Positions 10,047 to 19,588 of a DNA stretch of 64,000 bases are shown piece by piece. The stretch is taken from the IMG/VR virus record IMGVR_UViG_3300008117_007749, one strand, 5' to 3'. Made by a program: the position numbers and the translations under genes. This stretch comes from a virus. Position 1 is the first letter of the stretch; the number at the start of each line of letters is the position of its first letter. The notes below the pieces were generated by a model. That model did no database searches and was not told where the DNA came from. It saw only the letters and a program-made list of their open reading frames with translations.

Positions 10047-10779
10047 AGAACAATTAAAAACTATCTGTAACTATTCAGATAAGCAAATGAAATTGCCTAA
10101 TGCTCAATTAATGTATGTTGATATGATTTCTTCAGATGACGAAGAGTATCAGAGAAAAGTTAAACAACAAAATAGAGAATTGGTTGTTGAGGCTATATTA
10201 GATGATAAAGTCGAAGAGTTAAACATATTTAGAGAAAATCAAGTAGTTGATGTCTCTAACCAATATAACTCGACATCCACAATGGGCGTTATCGGTCCGA
10301 AAATAATGCAAATTAATATGACTGCTCAAAGATTTGAGAGTTATGAAAAGAGTTGGAATGAAGTGATTGATTTCTTAAATAAAAATACACAAAGTCCAAA
10401 ATCTAAAGCAAATGGACCATACTCATCATTAGATATCACTTTACAAGATGATTTTGATGTAGATTATAGAAAGATAATCTCAAAGATACTAATGTGTTCT
10501 AATATAATTGCGATGGATGGTAGAATTGGATCAGGAACATCAGTAATATATGGAAAAAACCTCTTACCATATATGTCTCAGTTTGATAAGGATAATAACG
10601 GAAATAACTTAACTACTTATTATAGTAAATTGGTTGATGATGATAAAGTAATTGTTTGTAGAGGAAATAATATAGACCAACCAGGATTACTATTTATCGA
10701 TAATTCACTAACTGGAAACTACTTCTTTAATCAAACTCCAAACTGGCATAAACAATATTGTTGGTTTAGAATTATTTAG
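10033..10779 (+). CDS. Truncated paralog of this phage's major capsid protein
   Basis: Colinear blocks shared with 61563..63269: LMYVD/LLYID, GVIGPKI (identical), RKIISKILMCSNIIAMDGRIG/RKLVTKIAHASNYIATEGRVG, KVIVCRGNNIDQPGLLF/RIVLGRKNNPDQPGIIF. Confidence 0.75.
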   Translation: MTHFKEQLKTICNYSDKQMKLPNAQLMYVDMISSDDEEYQRKVKQQNRELVVEAILDDKVEELNIFRENQVVDVSNQYNSTSTMGVIGPKIMQINMTAQRFESYEKSWNEVIDFLNKNTQSPKSKANGPYSSLDITLQDDFDVDYRKIISKILMCSNIIAMDGRIGSGTSVIYGKNLLPYMSQFDKDNNGNNLTTYYSKLVDDDKVIVCRGNNIDQPGLLFIDNSLTGNYFFNQTPNWHKQYCWFRII

Positions 10780-11311
10780 AAGCTACTCTTAATTTGTCAT
10801 ATTTAGATAACAACATAAACATATCTTTCCACTCAATCTCAGGATTTTCAACTTTTTTCTGATACCATTTATTATTATTTAAATACTCAACTATCATTCC
10901 GACTTTAAAATCTTCTAATTTATTTGGTTTCCAATATCTTACTTGTTCAACAAAAGAAAAACTTACTCCATTATATAGATAGGACATGTTATCAGCGTCC
11001 GTGTTATAAAGTGTAATACCTAAAGGCTTCTCAGATCCGTCTTTAAACAATTTTTTTGCTAAATTTTCTCCGGTATATTTAATTATTCCACAATCTTGAT
11101 GAAAATGATTTAATAAAAAAATCAAGTCTTTTCTTAACTCATCATTATCGATGTTAGAAAAAGCCATAACTGAATCTTCATACTGACCCTGATAATAACC
11201 TTTTATTGGAAGTATTTGATAATTTTTTGCATACAATATCGAAACCATATCATCTAATCTTTCAGACGAAAGGAGTATAAAAGCTAATTTAGGATTAGTT
11301 AAATCTATCAC
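10772..11311 (-). CDS. Hypothetical protein
   Basis: 179-aa ORF preceded by TTAATATATAT. Confidence 0.6.
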   Translation of the reverse strand: MIDLTNPKLAFILLSSERLDDMVSILYAKNYQILPIKGYYQGQYEDSVMAFSNIDNDELRKDLIFLLNHFHQDCGIIKYTGENLAKKLFKDGSEKPLGITLYNTDADNMSYLYNGVSFSFVEQVRYWKPNKLEDFKVGMIVEYLNNNKWYQKKVENPEIEWKDMFMLLSKYDKLRVASK

Positions 11312-11335
11312 AGAATATATATTAATATTAGTTTT

Positions 11336-12565
11336 TCACTTTAAATCAAATTCTTTTGATAACTCATAATCAAAAATATTTTTGATTTCTTCTTTATATA
11401 TTTTAGGAAAAACTATACTATCATGAACCGTTATTAATTTTATATCAGGATATAAAATCATAATTTTTTTTATGATTTTATTGTAGATTAATTTTGATTC
11501 AGCTCTTTGTAAATCATGAGCCAATACTTTATGATTACCCCATTCTTTTTTATATAACTTTATGAAATTATAAATTGTAGGAAATAATTTATTAAATTCA
11601 ATGTCCGCTTTTGAGTTGCTTCTGTTTCTTCCAAAAAGAACCTTATATGTCATTTCCTTTACTAAATTTCTATCTTTTTCACCAGTTGATTGCATTAAAA
11701 ATTGATAAAATTTCCCAGTCATTGTTAGTTGCTTAAAAAATTCAAATTCATCTCGATTGACCCATGCGGTTTGTGAGTCAGAAATCAATTTACATAAGAA
11801 AAGAGGCTGACTATTTTTAATATCTAATTCAAAAGTCTCTAGTCCGTCTATTAATAAACAATTTTTACGTATAAATGATTTTAGTATTGTAAAATTTGTA
11901 TGAAGTCTTCCATAATCATCAAAATGGTAAAATATATGTTTATCATTTATTGATTCAACTGAATAAATATTTCTATTATAAATGTCAATGTCTTCTTTTT
12001 TAAGACAGTTCAAATAAAATAGACTTCTTTCAAAATCAATATCAACTGAAAAAAGGTCTGATATTAATTTTTCTCGTATATCTATATTAATAGAAGACTT
12101 ATCAATATCTACAAATTCAATAGTGTCAAATATTTTCTTTTTATATTTTTTTACCAAAACTTTATCTTGATTATTTGTTCTTTTAATCTGTTCTTTAAAT
12201 ATTGTAGGATTTAAAGAATAGATTCTAGACGTAACACCTTTTTTATAATTACAAATCATCTTTATTATACTTTTATCAACAAGATAATCAATATAATGTT
12301 TGTATAAGTATCCATATTTATCTTTTAAAACTTGAGCATTTATCGTAAATTTATTTTCTTTCTTAAAATAATATTTAAGAAGAAGGTTATGAACGATATC
12401 AATTAAGTAAGAAGTCTTAATTTTTTCATCTTTGTAAAAGATATGACTTGTCTTGGAAACTAATTCAAGACATTTAGGTAAGAATTGTAAAGATTGATTT
12501 TTTTTATTAAGTTTTTTAGTAATATTTGATTTATAAAGAGAAGGTAAATTATTGGATATTTTCAT
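11336..12565 (-). CDS. Minimal family-A-fold polymerase-like protein (no exonuclease domain)
   Basis: DDYGRLHT, motif A LDIKNSQP, motif B RNLVKEMTYKVLFG, LQRAES, motif C ITVHDSI. Confidence 0.6.
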   Translation of the reverse strand: MKISNNLPSLYKSNITKKLNKKNQSLQFLPKCLELVSKTSHIFYKDEKIKTSYLIDIVHNLLLKYYFKKENKFTINAQVLKDKYGYLYKHYIDYLVDKSIIKMICNYKKGVTSRIYSLNPTIFKEQIKRTNNQDKVLVKKYKKKIFDTIEFVDIDKSSINIDIREKLISDLFSVDIDFERSLFYLNCLKKEDIDIYNRNIYSVESINDKHIFYHFDDYGRLHTNFTILKSFIRKNCLLIDGLETFELDIKNSQPLFLCKLISDSQTAWVNRDEFEFFKQLTMTGKFYQFLMQSTGEKDRNLVKEMTYKVLFGRNRSNSKADIEFNKLFPTIYNFIKLYKKEWGNHKVLAHDLQRAESKLIYNKIIKKIMILYPDIKLITVHDSIVFPKIYKEEIKNIFDYELSKEFDLK

Positions 12566-12600
12566 ATAGATTATATATGATATTCACATTATGGTTTTTG

Positions 12601-12792
12601 TTAAGGAAATATATTTTTGATTGAATTTTTTCGTTTTTCAATTCTAAAAATTCTTTCTATTTCTTTCTCTAAGGAAACACCATGATATGAGTTTAAATCC
12701 TGCACCATTTCATGTGACCAAGTAGCTCTTAGAGATCTTGTTTCAGATCTAACCTCAACAGAAGTCATATTAAGATTAATTTCCTTCATCAT
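12601..12792 (-). CDS. Small protein resembling a segment of canonical T4-type gp23, fused to a KRKNSIKNIF tail
   Basis: EINLNMTSVEVRSETRSLRATWSHEMVQDLNSYHGVSLE resembles the gp23 segment (K/S)R.LKA.(W/Y)(S/T).ELAQDL.A.HG.DA. Confidence 0.6.
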   Translation of the reverse strand: MMKEINLNMTSVEVRSETRSLRATWSHEMVQDLNSYHGVSLEKEIERIFRIEKRKNSIKNIFP

Positions 12793-14129
12793 TTAAGAGG
12801 TGTTTTAGGCTCGTCTGTTGATTCTGGTGTTATTGGCATTTTTCCACCTTTTCCTTTTTTCTTTTTATCAGAAGGAATTCCTTTCTCAAACTCATCATAT
12901 ACGTCAGGATATACTTGACCCTCAGCATCTGTGTCATATTGAATCTCAAAGAAGTCACCAAAGTCTAAAAGACCAGCTCGTCCTAATTCTATTTCATGCA
13001 TCTTATTTAGATATTTAGAAATATATACATCAATATCATCTACAAATTTGTTAAATAAACTGACTGTATTTTCCGTAAATACACCAATAGCTTTCTTTCT
13101 CTTTTTATTGAATGATCCTAATATCACTTTAAAAATATATTCTAACTTTTTATCTTCTGTTATATAGTCTTTAGTTAATTTATTTTTAATTAACTCGGTA
13201 TTAATTTTGAACTTCTCTTTGTCGAAAAATTCAGGAACAGTGAAGTCAAAATTTAATAAATCTTCTTTTACTTCACTCATATAGATATTGAATAACTTAC
13301 AAATAAGATAGATGTAGATTTCATCCTTTTTCTCACCTTTTAAATTTATATCGGTCAAATTTACCGACTGACAAAAATTTAAGAAATTCACAAGTATTAA
13401 AGTATAAATTTCAACAAAATCTGTCTGATTAGTATCACTGAATCTTTTATAAAGAGGATTCAATAATTCAAAAGAAATATCTCTACTTTGACTTCTAATA
13501 ACTAATTTTTCTAAATTCTTTTGAAAGTCTTCATTCATTAAAAAGGAATTATCTAAACTAGGATTTAGTATTTTATAGAAAAAATAAGCAAATGATTTTT
13601 CACCAAAAACATATTCTAAATCTTCTTCCGAAGTGTTAATAAAGTATTTTATCGCCTCTTTCATAGTCTCGGTCAATTGACCCTGGTAAATAACGGGTAT
13701 CAAATCAACTTGAAATAATCTAGCATACTCATCTAACTCATCTATTGAAAAGTCATACTTTTTATTTTTATTAATAGCAGTGATAACTAATTGATTTTGA
13801 GGAACTCTATTATACTCAATATTAGCAGGTTGATTATCAGGAAAATATTCAAAACAAAACCACCATTTTCTATTGAGTAAATTCTTCACATTTACGTCTA
13901 ATTCACTAAAGAACTTAATTACCGGATTATAGTAATTTTGCATAGCCAAATCTATCAAATTTATTGGCTCATTTGAAATAGACTTTGGTCTAATTTCAAA
14001 TTCATTTCCATTCCAATTGACCCATATTTTTGATCCTTGAATATCTTCCAATACAAGGATTTCATCATTGAACAATTCTGATATAAGTTGCTCATCGTCA
14101 ATTCCATTTAAGGTTATTAATTTACTCAT
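12789..14129 (-). CDS. RNA ligase (Rnl2)-like fold protein, probably catalytically inactive
   Basis: Motif I reads LEDIQGS instead of EKxDGS; FCFEY motif III-like; IPVIYQG. Confidence 0.5.
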   Translation of the reverse strand: MSKLITLNGIDDEQLISELFNDEILVLEDIQGSKIWVNWNGNEFEIRPKSISNEPINLIDLAMQNYYNPVIKFFSELDVNVKNLLNRKWWFCFEYFPDNQPANIEYNRVPQNQLVITAINKNKKYDFSIDELDEYARLFQVDLIPVIYQGQLTETMKEAIKYFINTSEEDLEYVFGEKSFAYFFYKILNPSLDNSFLMNEDFQKNLEKLVIRSQSRDISFELLNPLYKRFSDTNQTDFVEIYTLILVNFLNFCQSVNLTDINLKGEKKDEIYIYLICKLFNIYMSEVKEDLLNFDFTVPEFFDKEKFKINTELIKNKLTKDYITEDKKLEYIFKVILGSFNKKRKKAIGVFTENTVSLFNKFVDDIDVYISKYLNKMHEIELGRAGLLDFGDFFEIQYDTDAEGQVYPDVYDEFEKGIPSDKKKKGKGGKMPITPESTDEPKTPLK

Positions 14130-14169
14130 ACGTTGATTTCTGTTTTTATCGTAGGTATATATTATAAAT

Positions 14170-14442
14170 CTAAGCTTCCTGTAAAAAACTCAACATAATA
14201 TCAATGTTTTCTTTTGAAAATCCGTCTAAAGGAGTACCTCCGGATTTCAGATAGTTATTGTGCAATTCATTATACTCATCTTCAGTATAAAAATTACCAT
14301 CAATTCCCTCAATTACATTAGTGTGGTGTGAAGATATAGTTTTATTTTGAAGTCTGGTTTCTCCATAAGCAGGACCAACAGGACCAACTAATTCAGTACC
14401 AGATATTTCTTCATTAAATTGTTTCCATTTTTTAATCTTCAT
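14170..14442 (-). CDS. Hypothetical protein with N-terminal MKIKKWKQFNEE tag
   Basis: ORF and shared N-terminal motif. Confidence 0.6.
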   Translation of the reverse strand: MKIKKWKQFNEEISGTELVGPVGPAYGETRLQNKTISSHHTNVIEGIDGNFYTEDEYNELHNNYLKSGGTPLDGFSKENIDIMLSFLQEA

Positions 14443-14891
14443 TAACTGGCTTCAATTTTTTCAAAGTACTCATCATGTTCTTCTAATGAATAATGGTCTT
14501 TCTTTAAGTTATATATTAAATTATAAAGAAATTTTTCATGTAAATTATGTTTTATACTACCTTTCATGATAATTACTGATGAATCTTTCTCATAGTCATT
14601 TTCAACATCTATTATTTCTAAACCTAACTTACCATCTCTATCTGTTAAATTACAAATTACTTTTTTACCTAGTACTATCATTTCTTTTATTTTAGTAGAA
14701 ACTACGCTTTTTGAAAGTAACATATAATCTCTGTTATTAGATAATTGAGTTTCATTATAAAGATCTAAAAAATTATGTTCTTTTGATGTTAATTTAGACT
14801 TTTGACAAATTTTATTCAAAATTCTTTTAATCTCAATCTCTTTAAGTGATTCTCCAAGTATGTAATGTTGTATCATTTTTCTAATATTCAT
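14442..14891 (-). CDS. Hypothetical protein with DUF6576-like helical motif
   Basis: EIKRILNKICQKSKLTSKEHNFL resembles IDxILDKI...SLTxxEKxFL. Confidence 0.5.
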   Translation of the reverse strand: MNIRKMIQHYILGESLKEIEIKRILNKICQKSKLTSKEHNFLDLYNETQLSNNRDYMLLSKSVVSTKIKEMIVLGKKVICNLTDRDGKLGLEIIDVENDYEKDSSVIIMKGSIKHNLHEKFLYNLIYNLKKDHYSLEEHDEYFEKIEAS

Positions 14892-14953
14892 AAGTTATAT
14901 ATTATAAGAAGTATCTATGTTTTTTATATATACTTTGAAATTGAAAGTTTTTT

Positions 14954-17900
14954 ATGGATAAACAGTTATTAAAAGCTTTAGAGAATGTTGCCTTCGCTTT
15001 GGAAGACATGACGGAAGCATTAAAGAATAGAGAAAAAAAAGGTGGAGGCTCTGCTACTGGAGCTGCTCTTACTAAAGGAGATTTTGGTGATCAACTAAAA
15101 GAAATTAGTGTTGAGATAAAATCAATCAAAAAAGACACTCAGGAGATACTTCGCCAACAACAAACAATTCTTTCTATGCAAAAGAAAAAGTCTAGTGATA
15201 AAAAATCTGGACTTTTTGAGGAAGCAGGTGGTGACAAGAAAAAGGAAAGTAGTCTTAAAAAAGGAGTAGCGACTATCATATTAATAGCGATTGCTGTATT
15301 AGCAATAGGAATGGCTTTCAAATTAGTCGGTAAAATAGATTTTCTTTCTGTTATTGGACTTGGATTAGCCATATTGGCAATTTCTTTTGCTTTTGAAAAA
15401 GTAGCGAAATTAAAACTCGAAGTAAAAGAAGTATTAGTTGCTTCTTTAGCATTAGTTCTAATGGCGGTTGCAATAACTATGTCTTCATGGATTTTAAAAC
15501 TAATAACACCAATTGGATTCGCACAAATGGTTACAGCTATTTTAATTGCTGCAATGTTTGCGGTGATGGCATCCAAATTAGAAAAGGTATTTATTGCAGT
15601 AGCGGTCTTTCATAGACTAAGAGTTAAAAAAACTGCCTTAGTTTTAGCATTAGTTTCAATAGCAGCAGCAATTACCGCATCATCCTGGATTTTACTACTT
15701 GTAACTCCAATTGGATTTCTACAAGCACTCACAGCAATATTAATAGCAGGTGTTTTTGCAGTAATAGCATTCAACTTTGAAAAGATAGCACTGGGAGTAG
15801 CTGCCTTTGATAAACTAAATGTTAAAAAATCAGCTTTAATATTGACACTCGTTGGAATTGCTACCGCAATTACTTTATCATCTTGGATTATGGCCTTAAT
15901 TATACCTATGAGTTTCGGAAAAGCTATAACAGCCATTTTAATATCCGCAATATTTTTAATTATATCATTAAATTTTGAAAAAATTGCACTGGGTATAGCA
16001 GCATTTGATAAATTAAAAATTAAGAAAAGTGTTTTATTACTCACTCTTGTTGGAATCGCTACAGCAATAACTCTTTCATCATGGGTGATGGCTTTAATTA
16101 TACCTACAACACTATCACAATTTTTGACAGCACTTGGAATAGCTCTATTGTTCGCACTTATGTCCTATGTAATGCCAGAACTAGCAGCTGGTTTATATAT
16201 AATTGATAAAATACTTGGTAAAAAAGGAGTATTCTTATTCCCACTTGTATTTGTAGCAATTTCAGCTGCTATAATGCTCTCTTCTCACATATTAAATATG
16301 AGCGCTGACATTGCACTCGGAAAAATTCTACAGATAGCAGTATTTGGAGTAGCACTGGCTATTATTGTATTAGCAATGTTACCTTCCGTATTATTAGTTG
16401 GGGCGGTAGCTGCTTCAGGGGTTGGAGCAGGAGCAATAGGATTAGGTGTTTTAATGATACCACTAATAGCAGCTGCTATTATGGCATCTTCTCACATTTT
16501 GAATGCCGGAACGTATTCGAAATATCCAAGTTGGAAATGGTCTCTTAGTGTAGGACTATCAATGACTATATTCGGAGCAGCAGTAGTTGCTTTAGGAGCA
16601 ATAGCATTGACAGGTATCGGAATCGCAGCGGTTGCTGCAGGAATGTTACTAGTTCCATTAGTTGCCCTATCTATAGTTTTAGTTGATAAAGTAATAAGAA
16701 AAGGTAAATATGATAAATATCCAAGTTTAAAATGGATACTAAGTGTAGGATCTGTAATGACTGGATTTGCAATTGCTATAGTAGGACTAGGAGCTTTAGC
16801 ACTGACAGGTATAGGGTTAGTAGCTGTTTTAGCAGGAGTATTAGTTGTCCCAATGATTGCAAAGACAATTGTTAAAGTAGATGGTATAATCAGAAAAGGT
16901 AAATATGATAAATATCCAGGTTTAAAATGGATATTAAGTGTTGGAACCGTAATGACTGCTTTTGGAGCAGCAGTTGTAACACTAGGTGTATTAGCAATCA
17001 CAGGATTTGGATTAGGAGCAGTAGCGTTGGTGGCTGGCTCATTAGCGGTTTTACTGATAGCAGCGACAATTGTAGAAACTGATAAAATAATAGGTAAGGG
17101 TAAATATGATAAATATCCAGGTTTAAAATGGATATTAAGTGTTGGAGCAGTAATGACTGGATTTGGAGCAGCGGTTGTAACCTTAGGTATATTAGCTATA
17201 ACAGGATTTGGCTTAGGAGCAGTAGCGATGATTGCTGGAGCTGGAGCAGTTATACTAATCGCAGCGACAATTTTAGCAACTGATAAAATAATAGGTAAAG
17301 GTAAATATGATAAATTCCCAGGAGCCAGATGGATTTTGAGTATAGGAGCTCTGTTAGCAATTTTTGGAGCAGCGGTCGTAACTCTCGGTATATTAGCTAT
17401 AACAGGATTTGGATTGGGAGCGTTAGCTATTGTAGTAGGAACAAAAATGGTTCCAAAGATAGCAAAGACGATTGTTGCGGTAGATGAGATACTTTCAAAA
17501 GGAAAATATAATAAAGGTCCAAATTGGCAATGGGCCTCATCAGTTGGATCTTTAATGTTAGTATTCGGAGGAGCTATTCTTGGAGTAGGATTACTAATAG
17601 TATCTAGTTTAGGACTTGGATACGTTGCCATAAAAGCAGGTTCAGCCGCAGTAAAACTAATTGCTCAATCAATTGTAGATGTTGCTGGTATTTTTGCAAA
17701 AAGTGGAGCTGTTTGGAAACAAGGTCCAACTAAGAAGTGGGCTGAAGGTGTTTCAATAGCATTAGGCGCATTTTCACCTATTTATAAAATGTTGATGAGC
17801 GGTGGAATTATGTCTATATTTGCTGGATCAGGACCAAGTCCTACGAAATTCGCAGCTGCAATAAGGACTATTTCTCAGGGTATTGTTGATGCTGCTAACT

Positions 17901-19099
17901 TCTTTGGAGCACCGGGCATGAAAGCGGTTTATAAAGGCGGACCTTCTAAAAAATGGGCCGAAGGTGTCGGATTAGCCATTGGAGCATTCGCACCTGTGTA
18001 TAAAATTTTAGCAGCCGAGAAAGGACTTTTTGGTTCAGGAGTTTCAATCGATAAATTCAAGAAAGCAATTATAACAATATCTAAAGGTATTGTGGAAGCA
18101 GCTGGAATATTTGGAAAAAACAAAGCAACTTTTGATAAAGGAAATTATCCTTCTGCAAAATGGGGACAGGGTGTAGGAGCAGCTATCAGAGCTTTTGCTC
18201 CGGTATTCAAAGCTCTAAGTGAAGATACTGGATGGTTCTCATCCGGAGATGATGTCATCAAAGGAATGGTAAATGGAATTAAGAGTATCGCAGGAGCTAT
18301 AGTTGCAGTAGGTCTCAAATTTTCAAATAAAAACATTGACTGGAAATCTTATCCAACAAAAAAATGGTCTTGGGCTTTAAAATTAGCAGTTGGAAGTTTT
18401 GTAAGAGTATCACAATCTATAGCAGAATTAGATTTAAGTATTTTAAATAATCCTATTGTTGTAGCAAATAAAATGTCAAACATTGCGAAAATATTTGCTA
18501 AAAATAAAAAATTCTTTGATACAAAATTTGACCAAAACTGGGTAAAAAGAATAAGAAAGAGTTTATTAGATTTTAATTCATTAGTTAGAGAACTTCAAAA
18601 ATCAAAAGGAGGAGGTATTCTTGGATCATTAGCAGACGCTGCTAAAAATTTAACGGGTAACGATCCTATAACTCAGATGGCAAAACAAATGATAACTTTA
18701 TCAAAAGGATATGATGCATTAGCAAACTCATTAATTAAATTAGGATTCGCAATGAAATTGTTAAATTTAAAAAGTTTTTCACAATTAGCGATGCTTACAA
18801 ATGCGATTCAGAGTGGGAAACAAATTGATGTTAGAGAATCATCCAACAAAAAAGTTGGAAAAACTGATGGTGAGATGGCTCGTGTAACAGCAAGTGGGAA
18901 AAAAGAGGGAGAAGATAGTGGTCCAGCTTTAAAGGGAAATCTTCAACAAAAAAATAACATTTGGTATTTATCAGAACAGGTTGAAAAAACAAATAAAATA
19001 TTAAAAATGATTGCAAGATCTACTGCTACAATTGATGAATTTATTACATTACAAACCGATGGTAAAATCAAACAAGCTCCTCCGTTAGATAAAATGTAA
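14954..19099 (+). CDS. Probable tail tape measure protein
   Basis: 1381 aa, Ala/Gly/Ile-rich helical. Repeats of about 65-68 aa (AITxSSWI; KYDKYPxLKWILSVG; GPxKKWAEGV) with coiled-coil termini. Confidence 0.6.
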   Translation: MDKQLLKALENVAFALEDMTEALKNREKKGGGSATGAALTKGDFGDQLKEISVEIKSIKKDTQEILRQQQTILSMQKKKSSDKKSGLFEEAGGDKKKESSLKKGVATIILIAIAVLAIGMAFKLVGKIDFLSVIGLGLAILAISFAFEKVAKLKLEVKEVLVASLALVLMAVAITMSSWILKLITPIGFAQMVTAILIAAMFAVMASKLEKVFIAVAVFHRLRVKKTALVLALVSIAAAITASSWILLLVTPIGFLQALTAILIAGVFAVIAFNFEKIALGVAAFDKLNVKKSALILTLVGIATAITLSSWIMALIIPMSFGKAITAILISAIFLIISLNFEKIALGIAAFDKLKIKKSVLLLTLVGIATAITLSSWVMALIIPTTLSQFLTALGIALLFALMSYVMPELAAGLYIIDKILGKKGVFLFPLVFVAISAAIMLSSHILNMSADIALGKILQIAVFGVALAIIVLAMLPSVLLVGAVAASGVGAGAIGLGVLMIPLIAAAIMASSHILNAGTYSKYPSWKWSLSVGLSMTIFGAAVVALGAIALTGIGIAAVAAGMLLVPLVALSIVLVDKVIRKGKYDKYPSLKWILSVGSVMTGFAIAIVGLGALALTGIGLVAVLAGVLVVPMIAKTIVKVDGIIRKGKYDKYPGLKWILSVGTVMTAFGAAVVTLGVLAITGFGLGAVALVAGSLAVLLIAATIVETDKIIGKGKYDKYPGLKWILSVGAVMTGFGAAVVTLGILAITGFGLGAVAMIAGAGAVILIAATILATDKIIGKGKYDKFPGARWILSIGALLAIFGAAVVTLGILAITGFGLGALAIVVGTKMVPKIAKTIVAVDEILSKGKYNKGPNWQWASSVGSLMLVFGGAILGVGLLIVSSLGLGYVAIKAGSAAVKLIAQSIVDVAGIFAKSGAVWKQGPTKKWAEGVSIALGAFSPIYKMLMSGGIMSIFAGSGPSPTKFAAAIRTISQGIVDAANFFGAPGMKAVYKGGPSKKWAEGVGLAIGAFAPVYKILAAEKGLFGSGVSIDKFKKAIITISKGIVEAAGIFGKNKATFDKGNYPSAKWGQGVGAAIRAFAPVFKALSEDTGWFSSGDDVIKGMVNGIKSIAGAIVAVGLKFSNKNIDWKSYPTKKWSWALKLAVGSFVRVSQSIAELDLSILNNPIVVANKMSNIAKIFAKNKKFFDTKFDQNWVKRIRKSLLDFNSLVRELQKSKGGGILGSLADAAKNLTGNDPITQMAKQMITLSKGYDALANSLIKLGFAMKLLNLKSFSQLAMLTNAIQSGKQIDVRESSNKKVGKTDGEMARVTASGKKEGEDSGPALKGNLQQKNNIWYLSEQVEKTNKILKMIARSTATIDEFITLQTDGKIKQAPPLDKM
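16511..17560 (+). repeat. Intragenic tandem repeat, 195-201 bp period (six copies of the KY..YP..W..S.G unit)
   Basis: Units start at about 16511, 16706, 16901, 17102, 17303 and 17504. Confidence 0.8.
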
Positions 19100-19122
19100 A
19101 CAATTTTAAAATAAAAAATATA

Positions 19123-19542
19123 ATGGATATGTTTAAAAAGTTAAAATTATTTCTCACATACAGAAAATTTATTAGCCAGAATAAAACTGAGCTAGAAACT
19201 ATGTTCAATATAAGAGTTGATAAAGCTCAAAGACTTTATACTGTAATAAATATTCCCGAAGAATTAATAGGAGAAGCATATTCTATAAAAAAATCTGATA
19301 TTGATAGAATATCAGAAACTTACTTAAGACAATTCTCATCAGAACTATCAAACTATTTAGATAATAAAAATCTAAAAGAACTTTATGATGTTTATGAAAT
19401 TCAAAAAGTAGACAAATACTCATATCTTTTAGTTTTTGGATTTTCACTTTTCAAAAGTCAAAAATATTATAACACTCTATATTATGGAGTAATACCAGGT
19501 ATATCAATTTCAATTATCGCATTACTTTTAATCTTATTATAA
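19123..19542 (+). CDS. Hypothetical protein with C-terminal TM anchor
   Basis: C-terminal hydrophobic helix. Confidence 0.6.
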   Translation: MDMFKKLKLFLTYRKFISQNKTELETMFNIRVDKAQRLYTVINIPEELIGEAYSIKKSDIDRISETYLRQFSSELSNYLDNKNLKELYDVYEIQKVDKYSYLLVFGFSLFKSQKYYNTLYYGVIPGISISIIALLLILL

Positions 19543-19588
19543 ACTTTATCCCAAAATAACAATATAATAAAAAAATTATATTAACAAA

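Noticed and set aside
15139-18336. Long antisense ORFs inside the tape-measure-like gene
   Set aside because: Shadow ORFs caused by Ala/Gly/Ile codon bias; no independent signals
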